From the IMG/VR virus record IMGVR_UViG_3300049174_000045, positions 1 to 40,907 of that record: DNA of 40,907 nucleotides. One strand, written 5' to 3'. Source of the stretch: a virus (Duplodnaviria > Caudoviricetes). The notes beneath the pieces are model-generated. The model had not been told where the DNA came from, made no database searches, and was given only the letters and a program-made list of their open reading frames with translations. Made by a program: the position numbers and the translations under genes. This document shows positions 8,685-16,938 of the stretch, one piece after another (the stretch's first letter is position 1; every line of letters begins with the position of its first letter).

Positions 8685-8844
8685 GCGGTTCACAATCCCC
8701 GCATTCCCCGCAAAACAGCGTCGGATAGCGAGAACCGCGCATTGGCACAGCGACAATTGCCTGATGGCCGCAACTTTCACAGCGGACCGACAGCCTCACG
8801 ATCGGTCCGCAATGGCGCCGAAGGTCGATCGCCTGAGTTCCCAT
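8656..8844 (-). CDS. putative Zn-ribbon protein
   Basis: CESCGH...FCGECG; AGAGGA RBS. Confidence 0.5.
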   Translation of the reverse strand: MGTQAIDLRRHCGPIVRLSVRCESCGHQAIVAVPMRGSRYPTLFCGECGDCEPLIEPVQRRV

Positions 8845-9037
8845 TGTGTCCTCGCATCATCAGCCTGTGCACATGCGCCAAACGTGTCGCTTCGGTCCAA
8901 ATCCCCGCCCGCTGGCGCCACAGCCGCACGAGCGGTGGGTCGATCTGGCATGCCCGCGCAATCTCGCCAGGCGTCGCAAGCCCGCGTCGCATCAGGAACA
9001 CAGCCCGATCGCGCAACGGATGTGCAGCCCTCGACAT
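8777..9037 (-). CDS. HTH protein expressed from a GGTGCGTTGC promoter
   Basis: MSRAAHPLRDRAVFLMRRGLATPGEIARACQIDPPLVRLWRQRAGI; ATG 34 nt from the TTG of the motif copy at 9066-9078. Confidence 0.65.
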   Translation of the reverse strand: MSRAAHPLRDRAVFLMRRGLATPGEIARACQIDPPLVRLWRQRAGIWTEATRLAHVHRLMMRGHNGNSGDRPSAPLRTDREAVGPL

Positions 9038-9065
9038 GGCCCAATGATGCGCGCACGTCATCAAT

Positions 9066-9078
9066 CAGCAACGCACCC
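9066..9078 (-). promoter_or_regulatory. phage promoter motif copy 1 (GGGTGCGTTGCTG)
   Basis: TTGCTG-N16-CATCAT-N6-ATG. Confidence 0.7.
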
Positions 9079-9182
9079 CAATGATGTGCCAACGTCATCA
9101 AATCGCACAAAGCAAAACCTGAATGAAATCAAAGCGCCGCTTATAAGCCTACGCGCGGCTCAGTACAGAAGAGGAAGAGATA

Positions 9183-9410
9183 GTGAAAATGCACCGATCT
9201 GAGGAAGCTATGATCAGCCAAACTGCCAGCATCAGAGACGACGGGAAAATCATCATCGAAGAAATCTGGGATACAAACCATCCCGCGTCCCCGTTCGTCA
9301 TCCTCAATCCATTCCCGCATGGCCGAGTCTATCGATGGCGCATCATGTCAAAACAGGAATACGAGGAATTGTGGGGCAAAATGATCTCTTCCCCGCGAGA
9401 CATGCGATAA
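9183..9410 (+). CDS. hypothetical protein
   Basis: ORF track; GAGGA RBS before ATG at 9210. Confidence 0.45.
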   Translation: MKMHRSEEAMISQTASIRDDGKIIIEEIWDTNHPASPFVILNPFPHGRVYRWRIMSKQEYEELWGKMISSPRDMR

Positions 9411-9426
9411 CGATATTATGGAACAT

Positions 9427-9630
9427 CGTTCCGTATAGCGGAACGCTTACACATAGGTCATGTGTGAACAATCTCCAGCAACACATTGATATTGCTCATA
9501 TTGGTGTGAGATGTGGACCATACCGGATAGGTATGGCCTTGAGTTCGGCGCGGAGACGCGGGTTGATTGCTGGCGAGGATCATTGAAAATGCTACGAAAA
9601 AGACCGGGGTGGGGGTGGGTACCCCCCGGA
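9427..9630. other. putative packaging-initiation/terminus region
   Basis: Three N5-spaced palindromes, an IHF consensus (9479-9491, minus strand TATCAA-TGTG-TTG), a G-run/C-run element (9604-9629), directly upstream of terS. Confidence 0.5.
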
Positions 9631-9708
9631 GCGTCGCTGCGCCGTAATCTCGACCTTCTCTCTCTTTTTCGCGCCGATTTTTGAATTTGCTGGGCTTTTC
9701 TGGACAGA

Positions 9709-9720
9709 GGTGCGTTGCTG
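9709..9720 (+). promoter_or_regulatory. phage promoter motif copy 2
   Basis: GGTGCGTTGCTG; TTG 36 nt before the terS ATG; no SD. Confidence 0.7.
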
Positions 9721-9750
9721 GCGTGCGGATAAATCCGCTAACCGGTTATT

Positions 9751-10263
9751 ATGTCCATGACTGACCTGGATACCCTTGGGCCCGCGATGCGGGCATTGAC
9801 GGAGAAGCAGCGCCGTTTTGTTTTGGCGATGGCGTCTGATCCATTTGGAAATGCAGCGAGTTGGGCGCGGGCAGCGGGATACTCCGATACGAAGGAGGGG
9901 GCGAAGGTTAGGGGGCACCATCTGATCCATGATCCGCGGGTTGAGGAGGCGGTTAGGGAGTATGCGACGAGTTCGCTTGGCACGCTGGGGCCGATGCTGG
10001 CGGCCAGCGGAATGCTGCGGATTGCGAAAAACCCTAGGCATCCCAAGCATTTGAGGGCACTTGAGTTGATCGCGAACCGGGTCGGAATGCATGAGAAGAC
10101 CGAGCACAAGGTGACGGTTGATCATGGGGATCGGAGTCCGGAGGGGATTGAGCGGCGGATTGCCAATGCATTGACCCGACTTGAGAAGTTGGGTCGTCTG
10201 CCAGCTTTGCCGCCAGTGGTTGAGGTTGATTTCGAGACTGTCGATGACGGATCAGGCAATTGA
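9751..10263 (+). CDS. terS: terminase small subunit
   Basis: LTEKQRRFV...ARAAGYS HTH motif; directly upstream of terL. Confidence 0.85.
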   Translation: MSMTDLDTLGPAMRALTEKQRRFVLAMASDPFGNAASWARAAGYSDTKEGAKVRGHHLIHDPRVEEAVREYATSSLGTLGPMLAASGMLRIAKNPRHPKHLRALELIANRVGMHEKTEHKVTVDHGDRSPEGIERRIANALTRLEKLGRLPALPPVVEVDFETVDDGSGN

Positions 10264-11683
10264 TCGTCTCGCGCTTGCGCGGGAGCTCGAGGCGCTTGCC
10301 GAAGAGGCGACCTACGAGGGTCGCCTGCGGTCGTTTGTACCATACGACAAGCAAAAACGGCATCTTGCGCTTGGCAAGACGAAACGTGAGCGGCTGTTGA
10401 TGGCCGGCAATCGGCTGGGCAAGTCGGAGACTGGAGCGTTTGAGGCGGCCTGTCATCTGACGGGCGAATACCCTCCGGATTGGCCTGGACGCCGGTTCGA
10501 TGGGCCGACGAAAGGCTGGATCTCGGGAGTGACGGCGCTCGACGTGCGCAATGTGTGTCAGACCAAGTTGTGCGGGCAGTACGGGGTTGAGAGTGCGTTT
10601 GGGACCGGAATGCTTCCGAAGAAAGCGTTTGTCGACAAGTCGCTTGCGCGCGGCGTGACAGATGCGTTTGACACGATCCAAGTCCGGCACAAATCTGGTG
10701 GCGTCTCGGTCGCGCAGTTCAAGTCGAATGAGCAGGGACGGCAGAAGTTCCAAGGTGAGGGGCTGGACTGGATCTGGTTCGACGAGGAACCGCCGCTTGA
10801 TATCTACGGCGAGGGATTGACCCGCATCGGCGAGCGCGATGGCATCCTATGGATGACCTTCACGCCGCTCGAGGGGCGCTCGCAGGTGGTTATCCGATTC
10901 CTGGATGAGCCGTCGCCGGACCGGGCTGTGACGACGATCACGATCGACGAGGCGCCGCATATCTCGCCGGCGGCCAAGGCCCGGATGATTGCCGGCTATC
11001 TGCCACACGAGCGGGAGGCACGGGCTCGCGGCGTGCCGATGCTCGGCTCAGGCCGCATCTTCATGACACCGGAGGCCGGAATTATTGAGGCTCCCATCGA
11101 TCATATTCCGGCCTATTGGGTAAAAATCTGGGGCATCGACATTGGTATCGGCCACCCGTTTGCGGCAGTGCTTCTGCTGTGGGACAAGGACAACGACGTC
11201 ATCCACGTCCATCACACGATCCGGATGACGGATGCCCTGCCGATCGTACATGCTGCAGCGATGAAGATGATCGGTGCCGAGGTGCCAGTCGCCTATCCGA
11301 AGGATGCGGACGATCGTGAGCATGGCAGCGGCGAACCGGTGTCCAAGCTCTACCGGGCGCAAGGTCTCAAGGTATTGCACGAGCATGCGACTTGGCCGGA
11401 GGGCGGGATCTCGACCGAGGCCGGCATCATGGAATGGGACGAGCGCGAGAAGACCGGGCGGCTCAAGGTTTCCGCGCATCTCTCCGACCTGCTTGAGGAG
11501 CGTCGTTTCTACCACCGCAAGGATGGCAAGATCGTCAAGCTCAAGGACGATATCCTATCGGCCGGCCGGGTTGGGCTGATGATGAAGCGTTACGCGCGCG
11601 CTGTCGGTCTCGGACCCAGTTTTTCGAAACGCTCTCCCACCAAGCCGGTCGCCGACGGCGTCGATTTCGACGTCTTCGCCTGA
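10244..11683 (+). CDS. terL: terminase large subunit (P22-like)
   Basis: MAGNRLGKS Walker A, WFDEEPP Walker B, TFTPLEG, GIDIGIGHPFA nuclease motif, DDILSA. Confidence 0.95.
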   Translation: MTDQAIDRLALARELEALAEEATYEGRLRSFVPYDKQKRHLALGKTKRERLLMAGNRLGKSETGAFEAACHLTGEYPPDWPGRRFDGPTKGWISGVTALDVRNVCQTKLCGQYGVESAFGTGMLPKKAFVDKSLARGVTDAFDTIQVRHKSGGVSVAQFKSNEQGRQKFQGEGLDWIWFDEEPPLDIYGEGLTRIGERDGILWMTFTPLEGRSQVVIRFLDEPSPDRAVTTITIDEAPHISPAAKARMIAGYLPHEREARARGVPMLGSGRIFMTPEAGIIEAPIDHIPAYWVKIWGIDIGIGHPFAAVLLLWDKDNDVIHVHHTIRMTDALPIVHAAAMKMIGAEVPVAYPKDADDREHGSGEPVSKLYRAQGLKVLHEHATWPEGGISTEAGIMEWDEREKTGRLKVSAHLSDLLEERRFYHRKDGKIVKLKDDILSAGRVGLMMKRYARAVGLGPSFSKRSPTKPVADGVDFDVFA

Positions 11684-11693
11684 AGCCGCACCG

Positions 11694-11706
11694 GGGTGCG
11701 TTGCCG
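11694..11706 (+). promoter_or_regulatory. phage promoter motif copy 3
   Basis: GGGTGCGTTGCCG just after the terL stop. Confidence 0.7.
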
Positions 11707-11803
11707 CATGACAGTACGCGCGCGAACCTGATCCTGCACAGCCTCTCTCAGACTTGCCGGCCGGCCGGTATGGGGCCGGCCGGCCTGTTTCCATGGAGCA
11801 GAT

Positions 11804-11956
11804 ATGGGACCGGAACACCAGCACCTGCTGATCGTCCTCGCCCGTGCCACGCATGCTATCTCGGATGACGAGCATCGCAAGCACATCGAACAGGCTCTTG
11901 AGCCGCTCGGCGTCTCGCACGAGCATCCGAAAGAGGAGCATGTGGAGGAGGATTGA
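11804..11956 (+). CDS. 50-aa His/Glu-rich protein (not in ORF track)
   Basis: GGAG RBS; MGPEHQHLLIVLARATHAISDDEHRKHIEQ...; TGATG coupling to the next gene. Confidence 0.55.
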   Translation: MGPEHQHLLIVLARATHAISDDEHRKHIEQALEPLGVSHEHPKEEHVEED

Positions 11957-12165
11957 TGCCTGCAACCAGCGCCAAGAACGGTCCGATTTCCGGCGCCTAT
12001 GGCTACGGGCTCGGCGACAATCTCCACCAGCAGGTCGAAGACGAAACCGAAGAGGCGCGCAAGCGCCGGCTGTTGCAGGAGCAGATGAAATCGGCCGTCA
12101 ATCCGGTGCGCTCTGGCCTCGGCATCACGGCGGGTGCCGCGCCGGTCTCGGCCGTCTACGGGTGA
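11956..12165 (+). CDS. small protein upstream of portal
   Basis: GGAGGAGG RBS; LGDNLHQQVEDETEEARKRR. Confidence 0.7.
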   Translation: MPATSAKNGPISGAYGYGLGDNLHQQVEDETEEARKRRLLQEQMKSAVNPVRSGLGITAGAAPVSAVYG

Positions 12166-12358
12166 GACGTGCAGACCGTTCCAGTGAATATCAGCCGCCC
12201 CGTTTTCCGCTGCTCGGCAGGGCCTCCGCAGCGCAAATACGCCTCCGATCGGAAGGGGCGGGCCGAGGTGATCGGTTCATGTAGCAATCGGAGGAATCAA
12301 GCGCAGGCCCGGAATGAGTCGGGAAGCGTGGCCCGACTTTCATAGGAAAGTATGTATT

Positions 12359-12619
12359 ATGCTGATCACGGACTTTCGCGTGCGCAAGATGGATCACGAT
12401 GACCCGCGTTATCCTGACGCGGATTGGATGAAGCGCACCGACGGCAGCACCATTCCGTTTTCGGATGTCTATCTGTTCGAGGTCGACCACGCCGATGGTT
12501 CGTTTGAATGCCCGTTTGTTGTCACACGTGATTATGCGCTCACGCCGGATTCAGTCGCAAATATCATGGAAGCGTTCTCGGCCGCGGTTAGAGCTGTCGG
12601 CAACAAGAAGGCTGCCTGA
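12359..12619 (+). CDS. hypothetical protein
   Basis: AGGA RBS; coupled to the next gene. Confidence 0.6.
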   Translation: MLITDFRVRKMDHDDPRYPDADWMKRTDGSTIPFSDVYLFEVDHADGSFECPFVVTRDYALTPDSVANIMEAFSAAVRAVGNKKAA

Positions 12620-13077
12620 TGGAGCTTATCATAGACACATGCCGCCACGCCCAGGAGCTCCGCGAGACGTGGCAGGCGAAACTTCTGCTCGGCAGCCAGG
12701 AGATGATGGCGGCGGTGGTTCTGTCCGTGCTCGCCCATAGCTTCGACGAGGCCATGCCGACGCTGCTGCGTGTCGTCTTTCCCGGGTTTCGATCGATCAC
12801 GGCGCCGTTCTTCTGCTCTGCCGGCCGCATCCTGAAATCGGGCGACGTCGCCGCCGACATGGTGACGAGAGATGGTCAGGTGCTCAAGAACGTCGGCATT
12901 TTCCGCAGTACGCGCGCCATGGAAGGCGCATTCCGCCGTCTCGCGGATCGTCTCAGGCTCGACGATGCCGATCGCGCGCAACTGTTCATCGCAGTCAAGA
13001 ACTGGGTCGTATGCGACTACCGCATCGACCCGAGTATGAACCCGGCCGATCCAGATGCCCGCCGACTCGTACACTGA
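12619..13077 (+). CDS. hypothetical protein
   Basis: ORF track; TGATG coupling; overlaps the portal start. Confidence 0.7.
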   Translation: MELIIDTCRHAQELRETWQAKLLLGSQEMMAAVVLSVLAHSFDEAMPTLLRVVFPGFRSITAPFFCSAGRILKSGDVAADMVTRDGQVLKNVGIFRSTRAMEGAFRRLADRLRLDDADRAQLFIAVKNWVVCDYRIDPSMNPADPDARRLVH

Positions 13078-14812
13078 CCTGCTGACGGCGGCGCCACGAG
13101 AGATTTCCGATCGCGAACGCGAAATCGTGGCAGCGATTCTGCACGAGTTCTCCCAGCTCACGACATGGCGCAATAATTTCGCGCCGCAATGGGAGGAGAC
13201 GGCCCAACTCATCCTGCCGACCAGCCGCAACACGTTCTATTATCAGAACTTCAACTGGCCGGGGATGAAGAAGACCGATCGGCAGATCGATTCGACTGGC
13301 GCGCTTGCGCTCAATCGGTTTGCCGCTATCTGTGACTCGCTGCTCACGCCGCGCAACCAGATATGGCATGCGCTGACGGCGAACAACGACTATGTCATGA
13401 AGGACCGGGGTACGCGGCTCTGGTTCGAGCAGGTGACCAAGATCCTGTTCAAGTATCGCTATGCGCCGATCGCGAACTTCTCGTCGCAGAACTACAGCAA
13501 TTTCCAGTCGCTCGGCGCGTTCGGCAATGCGACGATGTTCATCGATGCGTTCGACGGACGCCAACATGGCGGGGCGCGCGGCCTGCGCTACAAGGGCGTG
13601 CCGCTCGGCGAGACGTTCTTCGGCGAGAGCCATCAGGGCATCGTCGACCGCGTAATCCGCTGGTTCCGTCTCACTGCCGTGCAGGCCGCGCAGAAGTGGG
13701 GCAAGGACCGCCTGCCGCAGAACCTCCTGTCTGCGATCGCCAACAATTCGCAATGGCCATACAGCTTCCTGCACTGCATCAAGCCGCGCGACGATTACGA
13801 TCCGGGCCGGCTCGATACGCGCGCGCTGCCGTTCTCTTCGCATTACGTCTCGGTCGAGGGCCAGTGTTTGATGGCGGCAGAGGGCGGCTACCGGACGTTT
13901 CCCTATGCGATCTCGCGCTACGACCAGACACCGAACGAGGTCTACGGCCGCGGCCCGGCGCAAATGGTGCTGCCTGCGCTCAAGACGCTCAACGCGCAGA
14001 AATCCGTGTTTCTCAAGCAGGGCCACCGTGCCGCCGACCCGATACTGCTGATCGCCGATGACGGCCTGATGAACATGAACATGGTGCCCGGCGCGCAGAA
14101 CAAGGGCGGCGTGACGCAGGATGGCAAGGAACTGGTCAAGACGCTGCCGACCGGAAATATCCAGATCAACAAGGAGATGATGCAGGAGGAGCGTAGCCTC
14201 ATCAATGATGCATTCCTGGTGACGTTGTTCCAGATCCTCACCGAGACGCCGCAGATGACGGCGACCGAGGTGATCGAGCGCACCAACGAGAAGGGTATCC
14301 TGCTGGCACCGACCATGGGCCGCCAGCAGAGCGAATACCTGGGGCCGATGATTGATCGCGAGCTCGACGTGCTCAACGCGCTGCGTGCCCTGCCGCCCAT
14401 GCCGCCGCGACTGCGCGAGGCGCGAGGCGAATACCAGATCGTCTATACCTCGCCGCTCGCGCGCGCCCAGAAGGCGCAGGAGGCAGCCGGCTTCATGCGG
14501 ACCGTGGAAAGCGTCAAGGAGCTGGTCAACATCACGCAAGACATGAGCCTGCTCGACCGGTTCAACTTCGACGCCGCGGTGCCCGCGATCGCCGAGATCC
14601 AGGCCGTGCCGGAAAGCTGGATGGCGGACGACCAGATGGTTGCCCAGAAGCGCAAGGCGCGCGCGGCATCGCAGCAGCGTCAGGAGCAGATCCAGGCTGC
14701 GCCGGCGCAGGCCGCGATGATGAAGGCGCAGGCCGCGCAGACCAAGGCTGGCATACCATCCGGTGGCATCCCGCAGGCGACCCAGCCGCAGGTGCAGGCA
14801 GGTGTTCAGTGA
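13055..14812 (+). CDS. portal / head-tail connector (T7 gp8 / BPP-1-type)
   Basis: DSTGALAL, GAFGNA, YGRGPA, MTATEVIER..EK..LLAP..GR, YTSPLARAQ motifs. Confidence 0.93.
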   Translation: MPADSYTDLLTAAPREISDREREIVAAILHEFSQLTTWRNNFAPQWEETAQLILPTSRNTFYYQNFNWPGMKKTDRQIDSTGALALNRFAAICDSLLTPRNQIWHALTANNDYVMKDRGTRLWFEQVTKILFKYRYAPIANFSSQNYSNFQSLGAFGNATMFIDAFDGRQHGGARGLRYKGVPLGETFFGESHQGIVDRVIRWFRLTAVQAAQKWGKDRLPQNLLSAIANNSQWPYSFLHCIKPRDDYDPGRLDTRALPFSSHYVSVEGQCLMAAEGGYRTFPYAISRYDQTPNEVYGRGPAQMVLPALKTLNAQKSVFLKQGHRAADPILLIADDGLMNMNMVPGAQNKGGVTQDGKELVKTLPTGNIQINKEMMQEERSLINDAFLVTLFQILTETPQMTATEVIERTNEKGILLAPTMGRQQSEYLGPMIDRELDVLNALRALPPMPPRLREARGEYQIVYTSPLARAQKAQEAAGFMRTVESVKELVNITQDMSLLDRFNFDAAVPAIAEIQAVPESWMADDQMVAQKRKARAASQQRQEQIQAAPAQAAMMKAQAAQTKAGIPSGGIPQATQPQVQAGVQ

Positions 14813-15078
14813 GACGCATGACACTATCGACATTCCGGCAGCGCAAGCAGGAATTCGAGGTCACCTTCGGATCGTCGGCCGGCCAGCAAGTTCTCGCCGA
14901 TCTCGCCCGGTTCTGCCGGGCACACGAGACATGCGCCGTTCCCGGCGATCGCGACCGCACGATGCTGCTCGAGGGCCGCCGTGAGGTATTTTTATATATA
15001 CAACAGAACTGCAAGCTGACGGAACAGCAATTGCTCGCGCTGTTCAAGGTGAACGTCGAAGGAGAGGACAATGGCTGA
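14809..15078 (+). CDS. Bbp19-like protein
   Basis: FGSSAGQQVLADLARFC...EGRREV between portal and scaffold. Confidence 0.75.
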   Translation: MRRMTLSTFRQRKQEFEVTFGSSAGQQVLADLARFCRAHETCAVPGDRDRTMLLEGRREVFLYIQQNCKLTEQQLLALFKVNVEGEDNG

Positions 15079-15886
15079 AAACGAAAACGGCGGCGGTGGA
15101 CAACCATGGCACCAGGGAGTTGATGCAGCGATTCTCGGCCACTGGCAGAACAAGAACTACGATTTGTCCGATCCCGGCAAGGTCGCGATCGAGGCGACCA
15201 AGGCCGCCATTGCGGCGCAGGCGCATATCGGCGTGCCGCCCGATCGGCTGCTCAAGTTGCCTGAAAAACCGGACGATGCCGCCGGCTGGAATGGCATCTA
15301 CACCCGGCTCGGCAAGCCGGCCGAGGCCAAGGACTATGATTTTGCCGGCATCAAGTTCAGCGACGGGTCGGAGCCGGAGACCGGATTTCTGGATACCATG
15401 CGCACGTCGCTGCACCGCGAACACATCAACAAGGACGCCGCGCCCCGGATCATCAAGGATGTGATCAAGTATCTGGAGGATGCCGAGAAGACCGAGACCA
15501 CGGCGGCGACCACCCGGCGCGGCGAGCAGCTGGCCAATCTCGATAAAAGCTGGGGTGTAAACAAGGCGGCCAATCTCCTGCAGGCCGACAACGGCGCCCG
15601 CCGGCTGGGACTCTCCTCCGATGACGTGAAGGCGATTGGCGATGCCATCGGCGCCGACCGGGTCGCCGAACTGATGCGCAGGATCGGTGCCGGGACCACC
15701 GAGGATACGTTCGTCGAGGGCCGCACCGGCGGCAGTGGCAGCCCGGCAACGCGCGAAGGCGCCATCGCCCGCATCAAGGAACTCGAAGCCGACAAGGGAT
15801 GGGTCAAGCGGTTTCTCTCGAACGGGGTGGCCGAGACCGCCGAATATCGCAATCTGCACAAGCAAGCATTCGGGGAGGCCGCATGA
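15071..15886 (+). CDS. capsid scaffolding/assembly protein
   Basis: LPEKPDD..W..IYTRLGKP, L.KSWG, GTTED motifs; synteny. Confidence 0.75.
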   Translation: MAENENGGGGQPWHQGVDAAILGHWQNKNYDLSDPGKVAIEATKAAIAAQAHIGVPPDRLLKLPEKPDDAAGWNGIYTRLGKPAEAKDYDFAGIKFSDGSEPETGFLDTMRTSLHREHINKDAAPRIIKDVIKYLEDAEKTETTAATTRRGEQLANLDKSWGVNKAANLLQADNGARRLGLSSDDVKAIGDAIGADRVAELMRRIGAGTTEDTFVEGRTGGSGSPATREGAIARIKELEADKGWVKRFLSNGVAETAEYRNLHKQAFGEAA

Positions 15887-16113
15887 CGAAACTCGCATTG
15901 AAGAAAGAAGACGAGGATTTCGAGGGCCTGACGCTGAGGGAATGCGCAACGCTGTGCGATCAGGACCGTTGCGTCATCACCGGGCAGAACGTCTGCGGAC
16001 ACCCGCGCAAGGGCGGCCTGCAGGCGAGCCACATGATGAATCGGAAGGTTGTCGATCGGTTCAATGCGGCCAAACGATACCTCAAGCGCCAGGAACTCGA
16101 CGCAGAGGCCTGA
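15883..16113 (+). CDS. small Cys-cluster protein (C-x3-C-x4-C-x7-C-x-H)
   Basis: ATGA coupling to scaffold; GGAGG RBS. Confidence 0.65.
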   Translation: MTKLALKKEDEDFEGLTLRECATLCDQDRCVITGQNVCGHPRKGGLQASHMMNRKVVDRFNAAKRYLKRQELDAEA

Positions 16114-16117
16114 TCCC

Positions 16118-16303
16118 ATGCCATCAAGCGAGGTGCTGCACAAGTTTAAGGCCGGTCGCCTGCGCTCGTCGAGCGGCAAGAAGGTCACGAGTGAGAGGCA
16201 GGCCATCGCGATCATGCTGAGCGAGAAACGCAACGAGCAAGCGCATGGCGGCCATTACAGAGAGGGTCGCATGAGTGCAAGACATATCCGCAAGAGGGCG
16301 TGA
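16118..16303 (+). CDS. DUF6496-like small basic protein
   Basis: VLHKFKAGRLRSSSGKKVTSERQAIAIMLSE. Confidence 0.7.
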   Translation: MPSSEVLHKFKAGRLRSSSGKKVTSERQAIAIMLSEKRNEQAHGGHYREGRMSARHIRKRA

Positions 16304-16546
16304 ATGCGACTGAGCAGCAAACACGTTCGCAAGATCGACGACGAGAGCGGCGATACCAAGGCCAGGCCGATCGGCCTGGCCCAGAACCCGCCTGGCAAGC
16401 CATTCCGCTGCGGCGACTGCGAGTGGTTTAACACGGGCGCGAGCCGCTGCCAGAACAAGAACCCTCGATTGAACGGCCGTCACGTGCAGCCCGAATGGTG
16501 CTGCAATCTCTACGACAACGACGAGATGAAGATCATCGTGCGGTGA
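16304..16546 (+). CDS. small Cys protein with HiPIP-like spacing
   Basis: CGDCEWF-x6-RC...VQPEWCCNLY. Confidence 0.6.
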   Translation: MRLSSKHVRKIDDESGDTKARPIGLAQNPPGKPFRCGDCEWFNTGASRCQNKNPRLNGRHVQPEWCCNLYDNDEMKIIVR

Positions 16547-16550
16547 TACC

Positions 16551-16727
16551 ATGGCCAAAAAACACTTCATTGCCAAGGCGATAAAGCATCCCGGCGCCGA
16601 ACGGACGGCAGCCAAGCGGGTCGGCATGTCGACCCATGCCTATGAGGAGGCGCACAAGGATAGTCCGGGCCGCGCCGGCCGGCGCGCGCGGTTCGGCCTG
16701 CTGCTCGGGCGGCTGCGCAAGAAATGA
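16551..16727 (+). CDS. 58-aa basic phage protein (AIKHPGA motif; not in ORF track)
   Basis: MAKKHFIAKAIKHPGAERTAAKRVG...GRRARFGLLLGRLRKK. Confidence 0.7.
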   Translation: MAKKHFIAKAIKHPGAERTAAKRVGMSTHAYEEAHKDSPGRAGRRARFGLLLGRLRKK

Positions 16728-16730
16728 TCC

Positions 16731-16766
16731 GGGTGCGTTGCCGCAAGTAAGCGCACAGCCCATTCT
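16731..16766 (+). promoter_or_regulatory. phage promoter motif copy 4 (capsid promoter)
   Basis: GGGTGCG-TTGCCG-N17-CATTCT. Confidence 0.75.
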
Positions 16767-16792
16767 CGCGCGCATCAGACGACCGGACGCCA

Positions 16793-16900
16793 TCGCGAAC
16801 CCGCAAGGACACTTCGCGAAGGTATCCGAGGAAATGCGGCCCCCTTGCCAAAGGAGACGGCCGAAGGTGACGGCCCCCGCGCGCATGCGTGGACACGGCT
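16793..16900 (+). ncRNA. structured capsid 5' leader: three hairpins with C/ASAC internal loops
   Basis: Hairpins at 16793-16819, 16837-16863 and 16872-16900 share geometry but differ in stem sequence. Confidence 0.6.
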
Positions 16901-16938
16901 TCAGCACGTTCGGATCAACTCCACACGGCGGGAAGGCC

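Noticed and set aside
9604-9620. G-quadruplex
   Set aside because: Only three G-tracts, and the adjacent C-run favours a hairpin
12995-14833. 612-aa minus-strand ORF and other long antisense ORFs (15044-15949, 16533-17621, 17908-18975, 29353-30294)
   Set aside because: Shadow frames of GC-rich real genes; no motifs or RBS
16636-16938. 101-aa N-terminal extension of the capsid ORF
   Set aside because: It spans a separate small gene, the promoter motif and the structured leader; MSENLFK at 16939 has its own RBS
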